This document shows, in pieces, positions 53,156-61,993 of a stretch of DNA of 62,655 nt. Both the position numbers and the translations under genes were made by a program. Origin of the DNA: a virus. Taxonomy: Duplodnaviria; Caudoviricetes. Location: positions 1 to 62,655 of the IMG/VR virus record IMGVR_UViG_3300023261_000003; one strand, written 5' to 3'. The stretch's first letter is position 1. The number at the start of each line of letters is the position of its first letter. Under the pieces are notes generated by a model. It searched no databases, had not been told where the DNA came from, and saw only the letters and a program-made list of their open reading frames with translations.

Positions 53156-54972
53156 GCAAGCCAATTCCCAAGCCCACCACGATCAACCTGGCGCCGGGGC
53201 TCGAACTGCCCATCGATGCCGTGACGGAGTCCTTCGCGGTCATCGGCAGAAGAGGCAGCGGCAAGACCCACACGGCCTCGGTGCTCGCCGAAGGGATGCT
53301 CGACGCCGGCCAGCAGGTGGTGATCATCGACCCCACGAACGCCTGGTGGGGCCTCCGCAGCTCCGTCGACGGGACCAAGGACGCCTTCAAAATCCCAATC
53401 TTCGGAGGGGGGAAAGGCGGCAAGGCCGACATAGAGGTCGACGATACAATGGGCCGCGACCTCGCCGACGCCATCATCGAGACCGGTACCTCGGCCATCG
53501 TTTGCGTGCGTGACTTCTCGAACGCTGGCGTGCGCCGCTTCGTCGGGGACTTCGCCGAGCAGCTCTACGACCGCAAGTGCGAGAAGCGGTTCCGGACGCC
53601 GCTCCACCTGGCGCTCGATGAGGCAGATCTCGTGGTGCCGCAGCACATCCAGAAGGGCGGGGAGCGCGCCTATGGGGCCATCGACAAGATCGTCCGGCGG
53701 GGACGCATCGACGGATTCGGGACGAGCCTCATCAGTCAGCGCCCGGCCGTGATCGCCAAGGACGTCCTCACCCAGACCGAGGTGCTGGTCTGCCACCAGG
53801 TCACGGGGCCCCACGACCAGGTCGCCCTGAAGGCGTGGGTTGAGCGGCACGGCGCCAAGGACAAGCTGGCGGAGTTCCTCAAGACGCTGCCGGGCCTGCA
53901 GAAGGGGGAATCGTGGTTCTGGTCGCCGGCGTGGCTCGAGCTGTTCCTGCGCATCAAGACGCGTGCGCGGAAGACCTGGGACTCGAGTCGCACACCCAAG
54001 GTAGGGGAGGCGGTGCCCGAGCCTGCCCACATGACGGCCGTGGACGTCGAGGAGATCCGAAAGAACCTCCTGCCGAAGGCCACGCCGGGCAAGGCAGGGA
54101 AGGGCAAGCGCGGCCCCGCTCCACCTCTCGACGTCAGCTCTATCGACGCCGCCGAGCTCGAAGGCCTGCAGGAGGAGAACCGGCGCCTACGCGACCAGAA
54201 CGCGTGGCAGACCAAGCTGATCGAAGTCTATCGCAGTCTCAAGCTGCAGGAGGCCCATGACACCCTTGGCGCTGCACTCGGCAGGATCCGTGAAGCGCTG
54301 GACGGCGGACTTCTTCCCGTGCCCCAGGCGCCGCCTGGGCACCGGGCCATTCCAATCCTTACGCCCGAGCAGGTGGCCGAACGCTTTCCCATGAGCTCCA
54401 TCGCCATGGGCGCCAAGCCCACGCCTGTCGTCGGCGGGCTCGGCCGGTGCGCCCGCGGCGTCCTGACGGCCCTGGTCCAGCTGGGACCACTCTCGCTCGA
54501 GCAGGCCGCCATCGTGGCCGGCTATGCGCCTGACGCTGGCAACACCCGCAACTCCGCCGGCGAACTCCGGGCAGGTGGGTTTGTCGAGGGCGCCAATGCG
54601 CAGCTGAAGGCGACGCCGCACGGCAAGGCTGCTCTCGGGAGCGTGCAGCGCCTGCCGACGGGGCCCGAACTGCTCGACTTCTGGAAGGGGAAGCTCTCGA
54701 AGGCCGAGCGCGAGATCCTCCAGCAGGTAGTGACGGTCTACCCGAAGGCGCTCGACCTCTGGAAGGGGAAGCTCTCGAAGGCCGAGCGCGAGATCCTCCA
54801 GCAGGTAGTGACGGTCTACCCGAAGGCGCTCGACCTCCACACGGCGGCCAAGCGCGCCGGGTATGCCCCCGAGGCTGGCAACACCAGGAATGCCGCTGGG
54901 CGCCTGAGGACTCTGATGCTCGTCGAGGGCGGCAACGCCGGCATGACGGCCAACGAGAGGCTGATTCGATGA
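53152..54972 (+). CDS. HerA/FtsK-superfamily (DUF87-like) ATPase with C-terminal repeated winged-helix-like domains
   Basis: 'GRRGSGKT', 'IIDP', 'LDEAD', 'RGR..G', 'SQRPA'. Confidence 0.88.
   Translation: MSKPIPKPTTINLAPGLELPIDAVTESFAVIGRRGSGKTHTASVLAEGMLDAGQQVVIIDPTNAWWGLRSSVDGTKDAFKIPIFGGGKGGKADIEVDDTMGRDLADAIIETGTSAIVCVRDFSNAGVRRFVGDFAEQLYDRKCEKRFRTPLHLALDEADLVVPQHIQKGGERAYGAIDKIVRRGRIDGFGTSLISQRPAVIAKDVLTQTEVLVCHQVTGPHDQVALKAWVERHGAKDKLAEFLKTLPGLQKGESWFWSPAWLELFLRIKTRARKTWDSSRTPKVGEAVPEPAHMTAVDVEEIRKNLLPKATPGKAGKGKRGPAPPLDVSSIDAAELEGLQEENRRLRDQNAWQTKLIEVYRSLKLQEAHDTLGAALGRIREALDGGLLPVPQAPPGHRAIPILTPEQVAERFPMSSIAMGAKPTPVVGGLGRCARGVLTALVQLGPLSLEQAAIVAGYAPDAGNTRNSAGELRAGGFVEGANAQLKATPHGKAALGSVQRLPTGPELLDFWKGKLSKAEREILQQVVTVYPKALDLWKGKLSKAEREILQQVVTVYPKALDLHTAAKRAGYAPEAGNTRNAAGRLRTLMLVEGGNAGMTANERLIR
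54681..54836. repeat. exact 78-bp in-frame tandem duplication
   Basis: 54681-54758 equals 54759-54836 (WKGKLSKAEREILQQVVTVYPKALDL x2). Confidence 0.95.
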
Positions 54973-55736
54973 AGTGCCCCGCCTGCGAAGGAACCGGCAG
55001 CTCCTCTGCCTCCGAAGCGAGGGTGCCGGACCTCTACGATTGCCAGACGTGCAGCGGTACCGGAGATGCGCCAGCCGACGACGGGCCACCCGAGGACGAC
55101 ACCCCGGCGCCGGTCTTTGGTCGCACGTGGACCTTCGAGCCCGGACAGGTCGAAAGCGACGGCGACCCGATCGCCCCCGACGCTTGGCGGCTGAACCTTG
55201 GCCCGTTCTCGCTGGTCAGCATGGGCGGTACCGGGTGGTGGTTCGAGGACAACACCAACCCTTGCGACCTCGCCGGGTGGCTCCGCGACGCGCACCGCGC
55301 GATCGGTGCATTGCTTCCGCCCGGCGATGCCGAGGTCGAGTACTTGCGCGCCGAGCTCGATCGCGTCACCGCCGACACCACCTCGAGCAAGCCCTATCGC
55401 CAGCGGTACCGGGAGACGTCGAGCGCTCTCGCGCGGGCCAACTACCAGCTGGCCGCGGCGCTGGGGCGGGTGAGGGAGCTGGAAACCAACCTTGAGGAAA
55501 CCCGGAGGCTGGCATTGGCCCAGGTGGAGCGCGTGAGGGCGTTGCAGGGGGAGCTCGAGGAGGCGGAGGCGCAGCCCAAAGGCGACCCCGTCGCCGGCAA
55601 GGAAGCCGAGGAGCTGCGCTCAGGGCTCGAAGCTCTCATCGCCCTCGGTGCCGACGTGGGCCTATCAGAGCTACAGCGCTTGCTCGACGGCATCGATGCC
55701 CGGGATTCGCTGGCCTACCTGGAGAGCAAGCCGTGA
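54969..55736 (+). CDS. DnaJ-type Zn-finger (CxxCxGxG) + coiled-coil protein
   Basis: 'CPACEGTG', 'CQTCSGTG'. Confidence 0.7.
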   Translation: MKCPACEGTGSSSASEARVPDLYDCQTCSGTGDAPADDGPPEDDTPAPVFGRTWTFEPGQVESDGDPIAPDAWRLNLGPFSLVSMGGTGWWFEDNTNPCDLAGWLRDAHRAIGALLPPGDAEVEYLRAELDRVTADTTSSKPYRQRYRETSSALARANYQLAAALGRVRELETNLEETRRLALAQVERVRALQGELEEAEAQPKGDPVAGKEAEELRSGLEALIALGADVGLSELQRLLDGIDARDSLAYLESKP

Positions 55737-55990
55737 GCGAGCAGGACTACTTGAATGGCCGCCGGTCCGCGATGCTGTCCACCCTGCGCCATTGCCTGCG
55801 CGAGCTCGCCACCGAGGACGTCGACCTCAGCGAAGCGCGCGCCGTTGCCGTGCTGGCCGAGACCAAGCTGGCCCTCCGAAACGTCTGCAAGCGCCACGGC
55901 TGCGACGACTGGCCGGACGACCTGCACCCGGCCGACGTGCTGGAGAAGCACCTGGGTCGCTTGCTGGACTCCCTTGTCGACGATGGCTGA
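55733..55990 (+). CDS. hypothetical protein
   Basis: GTGA coupling, GGAG SD. Confidence 0.65.
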   Translation: MSEQDYLNGRRSAMLSTLRHCLRELATEDVDLSEARAVAVLAETKLALRNVCKRHGCDDWPDDLHPADVLEKHLGRLLDSLVDDG

Positions 55991-56055
55991 CGCCCCGGAC
56001 CTACCCTGACCGCTCCCACCTGGACGCTGGCCGCCTTCCGCGCCACACCCGCGAG

Positions 56056-56385
56056 ATGCCCGACCCCGCGCCCTACGGCGGCCTGACCACCGGCACCTTC
56101 CAGACGGAGCAGGCCAAGCGTCCCCGCGACACCGAGGAAGCCGCCAAGGCCGCGTGCCCACTCCTCGAGGAGGTGCGCGTCTACTGGCGTGGGGAGCGCC
56201 TTCTGCTCGAGCTGTGGTTCGTCCGGGTCGTGACGCCAGCGGAGCGCGCCGACGTCGCCAGGGTTGCGGCAGCGGCCGTCAAGGCGTGGATTGGACCCGA
56301 TGGCGAGGACTACCGGATTCGCGCTCGCAAGGGGCGTCCTGGGGTGGCGACTGAGCGGCGGGACCTGCCTTGGCTGGAGCCGTAG
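56056..56385 (+). CDS. hypothetical protein
   Basis: ATG 56056; last rightward gene before the terminator. Confidence 0.55.
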   Translation: MPDPAPYGGLTTGTFQTEQAKRPRDTEEAAKAACPLLEEVRVYWRGERLLLELWFVRVVTPAERADVARVAAAAVKAWIGPDGEDYRIRARKGRPGVATERRDLPWLEP

Positions 56386-56387
56386 GC

Positions 56388-56430
56388 ACAAACGCAGAAA
56401 ACCCCACCAGCCTTTCGGCCAGCGGGGTTC
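56388..56430 (-). terminator. terminator at the convergence of early and late operons
   Basis: AACCCC...GGGGTT stem with T-rich tail on the minus strand. Confidence 0.6.
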
Positions 56431-56486
56431 GCCCTTCTCGCCCCTCGCGGGTACCGACGGGTCTTCGAGGTTTTGAGTCTGCGCTG

Positions 56487-56786
56487 TTAGGTGGAGACCT
56501 TCAAGTAGAACGCGCCCTCGAGCTTGCGCCCGAGCGACGTCGTGATGCGGTTCGAGATCGTGTAGGTGGTGCCGTCGTTGCCACCCTGGAGCACCCAGAC
56601 GGTGACGAGCGGGCTTTCGAGCTGGGGCTCCCGGCCGCTCATCTCCGCGGTCCCGAGCGTCAGGCCCGTGCCCTTGGTCACCGACCAGGCACTGGTGGCC
56701 ACGGTCTCACCGGCGTGGAGCTCGTCGGCCCAGGTGCCGCTGAAGTAGGTCTCCTCGTAGGGAGTCTTGGTCATCGTGGCGCGCAT
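56487..56786 (-). CDS. fibre-adaptor-like Ig-fold virion protein
   Basis: 'W...L..GET...S.W', 'TVWV.GG..GT.Y.I...ITT..GR' pattern. Confidence 0.7.
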   Translation of the reverse strand: MRATMTKTPYEETYFSGTWADELHAGETVATSAWSVTKGTGLTLGTAEMSGREPQLESPLVTVWVLQGGNDGTTYTISNRITTSLGRKLEGAFYLKVST

Positions 56787-58382
56787 CTAGGCTCCTGTCG
56801 TGAGTCGCATGGGGACGAGGCGATCGGCTTGGCCGAGCGTCAGGGTTTGCAGCCGGGCGCTCGATCCGAATCGGACGAAGCGGTCCGGGGGGGCCAGGAG
56901 GAAGGGGGCCTCGGGAAGGTCGTTTGCCTCGACGGCGTCCCCCGCGTCCTCGATGGCCGCGGAGCCGTCCACGGCGACCAAGCCAGTCCCGGAAGCGGTG
57001 TCCTCGCTGTCCGTTGCTTCAGCTGCAGCGCCGACAGCAGCGGTCGCTGCTCCGGTGACCGAGTCCGTCTCGTCCGTGACGCTGAGCTGCCCCTCGATCG
57101 GTGGAAACTCGCCGCCGGCGGAGGCCTGGACGGTGTCGCCTTCGTCCGTGGTGGTAGCGGAGCCCGAGACGCCCTGGGACGTCGTGCCGCTGCCAGTGTC
57201 CTCCGCATCCGTTGCCGCGCCCGAGGCGCTGACGCTGGCTCCTGCTGCCCCGCTAGCGGCGTCTCCCGCGTCCGCGGCACTGCCGACGCCCTGGACGCCA
57301 AGCGAGCCTGCCGCGCTGGCCTGGTCCTCGGCATCGGTCGCCGAGCTCGAGCCGCTCGCTCCGACGGTCCCCGCGGCGGCAACGGTGTCGGCGCCGTCCG
57401 TCGAGGTGCCTGCCCCAGCGGTCGATACGGCTGCGGTCCCGGTGGCGGTGTCCTCCGAGTCGGTGATGGCTGCCGTGCCATCGACCGGGTCGCCGCCTGT
57501 AACCGGATCTCCCTCGCTCGGGCCGACCGTCGACGCGGCCGGGCGCTCTTGGCCGGCGAAGTCGTACACCACGGGCAGCGTGCCGTGTGCCCGAAGGTCC
57601 GGGCCGAATCCGATGAGCGGCGCCCCATCGGTTACGTCGATCGTGAATATGCCGCCAGCAAGATTAGTGCACGGGTCGGTGATGTTGTGCAGGTAGTGGC
57701 CACCCGCAGTCGGCGCTGACGTTGCGCCGCTTGCGCCGCCCGACACGTTGTAGTCGCTCGACGTGAACGTCCCCGAAAACTGCGCGTCGTACCCGATGTT
57801 CGCGACGGCGGTTGCGGTGCCAGAAAAGTGCACGATGCCGTAGCCGGCATTTGCGAAAAGACTGTTGTGCGCGAGGACGGTTTGCCCACCGTTGTCCAGG
57901 ATGATGCAGCCCGCGGACGCACCGCGGAACACGCTATTGCGTACGAGCAGATCGCCACCCCAACCCAGAAAACAGCGCGTCGTGCTCGTGACGAGACAGC
58001 TGTCAATCGTCATCTGGCCGAAGTCTTGGCTCCGCAGACAGAACGAGGTGGACTCACTGAACTGCAAACCGACAAACCGAATGTCGCCCGTCTCGTTGAC
58101 GTTCAGTAGGCCACCGGTCAGCACGACTTTGCTCGTGTCGGCAATACCTACGAAGCGGTTGTCTTCGTCTGCTTCGATCTGCCAATAGAGCGCGCCATCA
58201 ACACGCGTTCCGTTGCCAAAATAAAGGTCACTCGACGGGTCGGGTGACCCATTCCAGGAGCTTCCGGCGTAGCGCCCAACGAGCCAATTGCCTGACCCGA
58301 CGGCACCGGACATGGCCAAGAGCAGGGCTTCGAGATCGGGGTAGTCTAGCCCCGTCCCCATTTCGCGGAGTACCGCGCTCAC
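56787..58382 (-). CDS. fibre-like protein: pectin-lyase-type beta-helix plus about nine 21-aa repeats
   Basis: 'GLDYPDL..A' start, 'DFAGQERP...GPSE' end of the beta-helix; repeats 'xxGxxxxTDxxDxxxxxG'. Confidence 0.7.
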   Translation of the reverse strand: MSAVLREMGTGLDYPDLEALLLAMSGAVGSGNWLVGRYAGSSWNGSPDPSSDLYFGNGTRVDGALYWQIEADEDNRFVGIADTSKVVLTGGLLNVNETGDIRFVGLQFSESTSFCLRSQDFGQMTIDSCLVTSTTRCFLGWGGDLLVRNSVFRGASAGCIILDNGGQTVLAHNSLFANAGYGIVHFSGTATAVANIGYDAQFSGTFTSSDYNVSGGASGATSAPTAGGHYLHNITDPCTNLAGGIFTIDVTDGAPLIGFGPDLRAHGTLPVVYDFAGQERPAASTVGPSEGDPVTGGDPVDGTAAITDSEDTATGTAAVSTAGAGTSTDGADTVAAAGTVGASGSSSATDAEDQASAAGSLGVQGVGSAADAGDAASGAAGASVSASGAATDAEDTGSGTTSQGVSGSATTTDEGDTVQASAGGEFPPIEGQLSVTDETDSVTGAATAAVGAAAEATDSEDTASGTGLVAVDGSAAIEDAGDAVEANDLPEAPFLLAPPDRFVRFGSSARLQTLTLGQADRLVPMRLTTGA

Positions 58383-58972
58383 TTGTGTACACCCTTCTTA
58401 GCGCTGGCCGCCTTCGCAACGCCCGCGGCATCGGCGGGCTTGGCTTTCTCGACCTCATGCGCCGCACGGGCCGCCGACTCCACGGCTTGCAGCTCAGCGT
58501 GCGCCGCCTTCGCCTCAACGTACGGCGCGAACTTCGCGCGCTCTGCCGGGTCGGGGATCGCCTCGGTCAGTTTGATCTCGAACTTCGCCAACGCGCGAGC
58601 AGAACTCGACGCGTAGGCCACGGCGTTTTGCAGCACGCGCAGCGCGTCGACTTCACCCTTTCGCGCGTCCCACTTGACCCTCTCGCGCTCGCTCGCGACC
58701 AGAACGCGGCGCCGGACTTCGATCTCCTCGGGCTTGCCGTCGGCCCCTCGGATTGTCTCCGTGACCTTGACCGGCGGAACGATCGCGGCCTCCCACTGCG
58801 AGACTGTGCAAACGTAGTCCGCGGGCAGCGCGTCGAGGTCGACGACGACGCCGATCTCGACGTCACCCGCAACGCGCACGAGCGCGAAATCGGGCCCCTC
58901 TACGATGCACCGATAGCCGCCGTCGGCGGGGTACGAAGCGCCCGTGCGGGTGGCGACTAGGAGGTCAGTCAT
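58379..58972 (-). CDS. hypothetical protein
   Basis: 197-aa ORF coupled to the fibre gene. Confidence 0.6.
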   Translation of the reverse strand: MTDLLVATRTGASYPADGGYRCIVEGPDFALVRVAGDVEIGVVVDLDALPADYVCTVSQWEAAIVPPVKVTETIRGADGKPEEIEVRRRVLVASERERVKWDARKGEVDALRVLQNAVAYASSSARALAKFEIKLTEAIPDPAERAKFAPYVEAKAAHAELQAVESAARAAHEVEKAKPADAAGVAKAASAKKGVHK

Positions 58973-58979
58973 GGCTCAG

Positions 58980-59020
58980 AAACACGGAAAGCCCCACAGC
59001 GCGCGAACGCACTGCGGGGC
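58980..59020 (-). terminator. intrinsic terminator
   Basis: GCCCCGCAGTGCG-TTCG-CGCGCTGTGGGGC followed by TTTCCGTGTTT. Confidence 0.7.
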
Positions 59021-59049
59021 GGTGGAGACGAGACGGGTGGGCTCGGGAC

Positions 59050-59622
59050 TCACGCGCCGCCGGCAGTGCGGTCGAAGGCACTGACGGTGACAGGTTGTCC
59101 CGTGGCGAGGCTGACGTTTTGTAGGACGAGCGACTTCCCACCCAGGTACGACCAGACGGCGGAACCGTCAGTGATGCCCGTGCCGGTGCCGGAAGGGCCC
59201 GTGCCGCTGCCCGAAGACGTGCCCGCCGTCGTGCAGATGTAGACGCCGTTGTCGTTGCTCACCTGCTGATTGAGCACGTAGGGAGTGCTCTGCTCCCAGG
59301 CCTGCGAGACGAAACCTTGCCAGCGCACGGTGCCGCCGGACGACTTGAGCCGCCAGTACCGCGCAAGGCCCGTGTCGTCTGCGGCGGTGTCCTCCCACGT
59401 GCCGAGCTTGGCTGCCGAGCCGCCGGCGGCGTCGTCTTGCCAGTCCGTGGGCAGCTGCATCGACGCGAGCACTGTGCCGGCGTCTGCCGTCACGCAGGTC
59501 GCTGGCTTCGCGGCGCCGTGGAAAATGACCAGGTCCGGGTCTACCCCGGCGACGACCTCGTCGGAGTCCAGGCGCGCGTTGCGGGTCGCCTCGTCGTATT
59601 GGATTGCGTCGGTGTATGCCAT
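59050..59622 (-). CDS. virion structural protein with inserted CBM5/12-like module
   Basis: 'RNARLD', 'A...G.A.Y.RL....G....QG' core; insert 'AWEQSTPY..NQQVSN....YICTTAGTS...TDGSAVWSY'. Confidence 0.7.
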   Translation of the reverse strand: MAYTDAIQYDEATRNARLDSDEVVAGVDPDLVIFHGAAKPATCVTADAGTVLASMQLPTDWQDDAAGGSAAKLGTWEDTAADDTGLARYWRLKSSGGTVRWQGFVSQAWEQSTPYVLNQQVSNDNGVYICTTAGTSSGSGTGPSGTGTGITDGSAVWSYLGGKSLVLQNVSLATGQPVTVSAFDRTAGGA

Positions 59623-59683
59623 TGGGTGGGGGGCTTTCGGATTCAGGGCGCCGGGCTCGGCCAGTGCGCGTTGGTCAGGTGGT

Positions 59684-60271
59684 TCATTCGGGCTTGGTGG
59701 CCCACTGCTGGGCGGTGGTGAAGAGCGGATAGACGGGCTCCGGCGCTCCGGCTGGGCGCCCGAAATCGCCCTTGCGTGCCCGGGGAAAACTGTCGTTTAG
59801 CGGGGCGCCGTTCAGCTCGACGAGAGCGATCCCGACGATGCCCATGTTGTCTTCCAGGGCCACGATCCGCTTGGTCGCGTTGCCTTGGCCTTGGACGCGC
59901 AGCTCTTCTCGAATGGCTTCGTTGCCCGCCAGGGCCCTGTCAGCCTTGGCCTCGAGGCGCTTGAGGTCAGCACGCAGCCCGGCCACCTCGGCCGTGTTGG
60001 CCTTCCAGGCCTTCACGAGCATCTTGCCGGCGTCCGTGTACTCGACGGCCAAGACCAGCGACGCCACCATGAGGGCGAACATGAGCGCCACCCCGATGGG
60101 ATTCCAGTTCCGGCCGTGACGTGCTGCCCAGCCGAGCAATCCGCTCGGGGAGATGCTCCGCGGTGCGGCGTCGTCGGCCTTCTCGCGGATCTCGACGCCC
60201 ATCACCTTGCGCCTTGGCGGCGGCGGGTCGGTGGGCTCGTAGCCGGAATGGCGGTGGCGCGGGTCTGCCAT
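59684..60271 (-). CDS. single-TM coiled-coil protein (possible i-spanin-like lysis component)
   Basis: One TM then coiled coil; downstream of the endolysin. Confidence 0.55.
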   Translation of the reverse strand: MADPRHRHSGYEPTDPPPPRRKVMGVEIREKADDAAPRSISPSGLLGWAARHGRNWNPIGVALMFALMVASLVLAVEYTDAGKMLVKAWKANTAEVAGLRADLKRLEAKADRALAGNEAIREELRVQGQGNATKRIVALEDNMGIVGIALVELNGAPLNDSFPRARKGDFGRPAGAPEPVYPLFTTAQQWATKPE

Positions 60272-60274
60272 GGG

Positions 60275-60640
60275 CTACTTGCCGTCGCTCTCCACGGCGC
60301 CTTCCACTCGTCGCTTCCATGCTTCGAGATCGGCCACCCGCTTTTCCATCCCGGACATCCAGGACCGCATCTCTTGGTGGAGGACCTTGGCTTGGCCGAC
60401 GAAGAGCTTCGCCGACATGTCGAGCTTGGTGGCGGCGCCCTCGATGTCGTTCAGCGTCGCTTCCATGCGGGCGATGAGGGCGCCGAGGTCTTCGGGGTCT
60501 GCCCCCGGTGGCGGCACCGGCGCTGGGTTCCCCATGAATCCAGGCATGCGGTCCTTGCCGCGGTTCGTCGGCGGAATGGGCTCGCCATCCTCCGCAAGAG
60601 TGGGGGCGTGGATGGTGTCGCGTTCGCGTGTGTCGCTCAT
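60275..60640 (-). CDS. hypothetical coiled-coil protein
   Basis: ATGA-coupled to the endolysin. Confidence 0.6.
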   Translation of the reverse strand: MSDTRERDTIHAPTLAEDGEPIPPTNRGKDRMPGFMGNPAPVPPPGADPEDLGALIARMEATLNDIEGAATKLDMSAKLFVGQAKVLHQEMRSWMSGMEKRVADLEAWKRRVEGAVESDGK

Positions 60641-61305
60641 TCGTAGGCCACCAAGTGCTCTGCTGCCGACGTGATGTAGAGCTCGACGAGTTCGGCTTCC
60701 TCGTCGAACGCGGGGTCTTCTGGGGCGCCGGACTCGGGGTCCGCCACGGGGGCGCCGCCGTCGCCTTTGGTCTCCTCGGAGTTCCAGTCCGAGCCGTCCC
60801 GCCGGTAGGCATGGCCGACGCTCAGGCAGACGAGGCCACCGGGGAACGTCTCGGCAATCGACTCAGCGAGGCAGCGGCCAATGCAGTCGGCACCCTCACC
60901 GGTCCGACAGAACGCGGCCCAAAAGGGATTGCTGACGAAGCCGGGCTCCAGGAACAGCGCCGGGGCTTTCACGCGGGCGATGTTGCCGGCGCCGGCCCCC
61001 GATTGCCGGAAGCCCGTCGAGCGGACGTCGGCCGCCGTGGCCAGTCGGGTCAGGAAGTCCCGCGCCCAGAGCTTGGTCTTGTCGCCGGCGGCGGGTGAGA
61101 GAATGCACTCCGCATAGTTGGCCTCGGGATTCGTCGAGGCGTTGAGGTGGCCCTCGACGTAGCAGACGGCGCCGCGTTCGTTCGCGCGCAGCTGGCGGTA
61201 GTGCGTCGGACCAAAGACGGGCCCGCGCAGCTGGTGCACGTCGAAGCGGCGCCCCCGCATGGTGAGCGAGCCGTGCTTGCACGTGGGGTCGAGCGTCCAG
61301 GTCAT
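60637..61305 (-). CDS. endolysin, N-acetylmuramoyl-L-alanine amidase (Amidase_3, circularly permuted)
   Basis: 'RAN...EGHLNA', 'PALFLEPGFVSN'; the normally N-terminal 'GH...D.GA...E' occurs at the C-terminus. Confidence 0.85.
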   Translation of the reverse strand: MTWTLDPTCKHGSLTMRGRRFDVHQLRGPVFGPTHYRQLRANERGAVCYVEGHLNASTNPEANYAECILSPAAGDKTKLWARDFLTRLATAADVRSTGFRQSGAGAGNIARVKAPALFLEPGFVSNPFWAAFCRTGEGADCIGRCLAESIAETFPGGLVCLSVGHAYRRDGSDWNSEETKGDGGAPVADPESGAPEDPAFDEEAELVELYITSAAEHLVAYE

Positions 61306-61532
61306 GGGTTCTTTGGGGCTTCGCAGATCGTGCAGAGCTTCAGGCGATTGGCGCACCGCTCGCACAGCTTCGGGGCCGGCTTGCTGTCGGCGTGGTACCG
61401 GACCAGGCAGCTCCGGCAGGTGAATTGGCAGGGCTCGGTGGTGCGGGTGTGGACGCCGTCGCAGGTCACCGGGGCGGCCGTCGGCTCCTCGCCGGGCCAG
61501 GTGCGGGGATCGACGGTGGGCTCGGCGGTCAC
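61302..61532 (-). CDS. small Cys-rich zinc-finger protein
   Basis: CRSC, CERC, CTIC; coupled at both ends. Confidence 0.6.
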   Translation of the reverse strand: MTAEPTVDPRTWPGEEPTAAPVTCDGVHTRTTEPCQFTCRSCLVRYHADSKPAPKLCERCANRLKLCTICEAPKNP

Positions 61533-61993
61533 AGGGCCAGCAGCCAATCCGCCGTGTTGTGCATCATGGCCTTGAGCATGTCGTCGTAACCGAAGCGCTT
61601 CTGGTTGAGTTCGATGCTGCGATGCAGGTCGCCGTCGGCGTGGCGCTTCACCGAGGCGTGCCAATCGATCACCATCTCCAGGGCGTCGACGAGGTTCATG
61701 CCGCGCATGCCCAGTTCCCCGAAGTGCTCTGGATGGTGCCGATGGCTCGCGTAGTGGTGAGCCAAGGCCGGGCCCATCGATTCCAGGCTCGCCTTGTACT
61801 CGGGGCTCCCGTAGGTCAGCCCTTTGAGCAGCGGGGTCACGCGGTCGAAGGTCGGCTTTTCGTTCGGGCCGAGCTTCGTCCGGTCGTGGATCTTGGCCCG
61901 GTACGCCAGCTCTTGGATCGCTTCGCCGATGCCGTCGCGAACGTGCTGGATGTGCTCCAGGGTGTCAGCCTTGGAGTCGTAGGGCTCGCTCAT
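61529..61993 (-). CDS. DUF5662-like HD-type protein
   Basis: 'H...V', 'IHD.TK', 'HHY...RHHPEHF', 'EMVIDW'; start ATG 61993. Confidence 0.85.
   Translation of the reverse strand: MSEPYDSKADTLEHIQHVRDGIGEAIQELAYRAKIHDRTKLGPNEKPTFDRVTPLLKGLTYGSPEYKASLESMGPALAHHYASHRHHPEHFGELGMRGMNLVDALEMVIDWHASVKRHADGDLHRSIELNQKRFGYDDMLKAMMHNTADWLLAL

Noticed and set aside
53152-54972. HerA-based anti-phage system (Sir2-HerA, NurA-HerA)
   Set aside because: No adjacent nuclease or sirtuin effector; the gene is embedded in the repressed early lytic operon rather than a lysogen-expressed moron.
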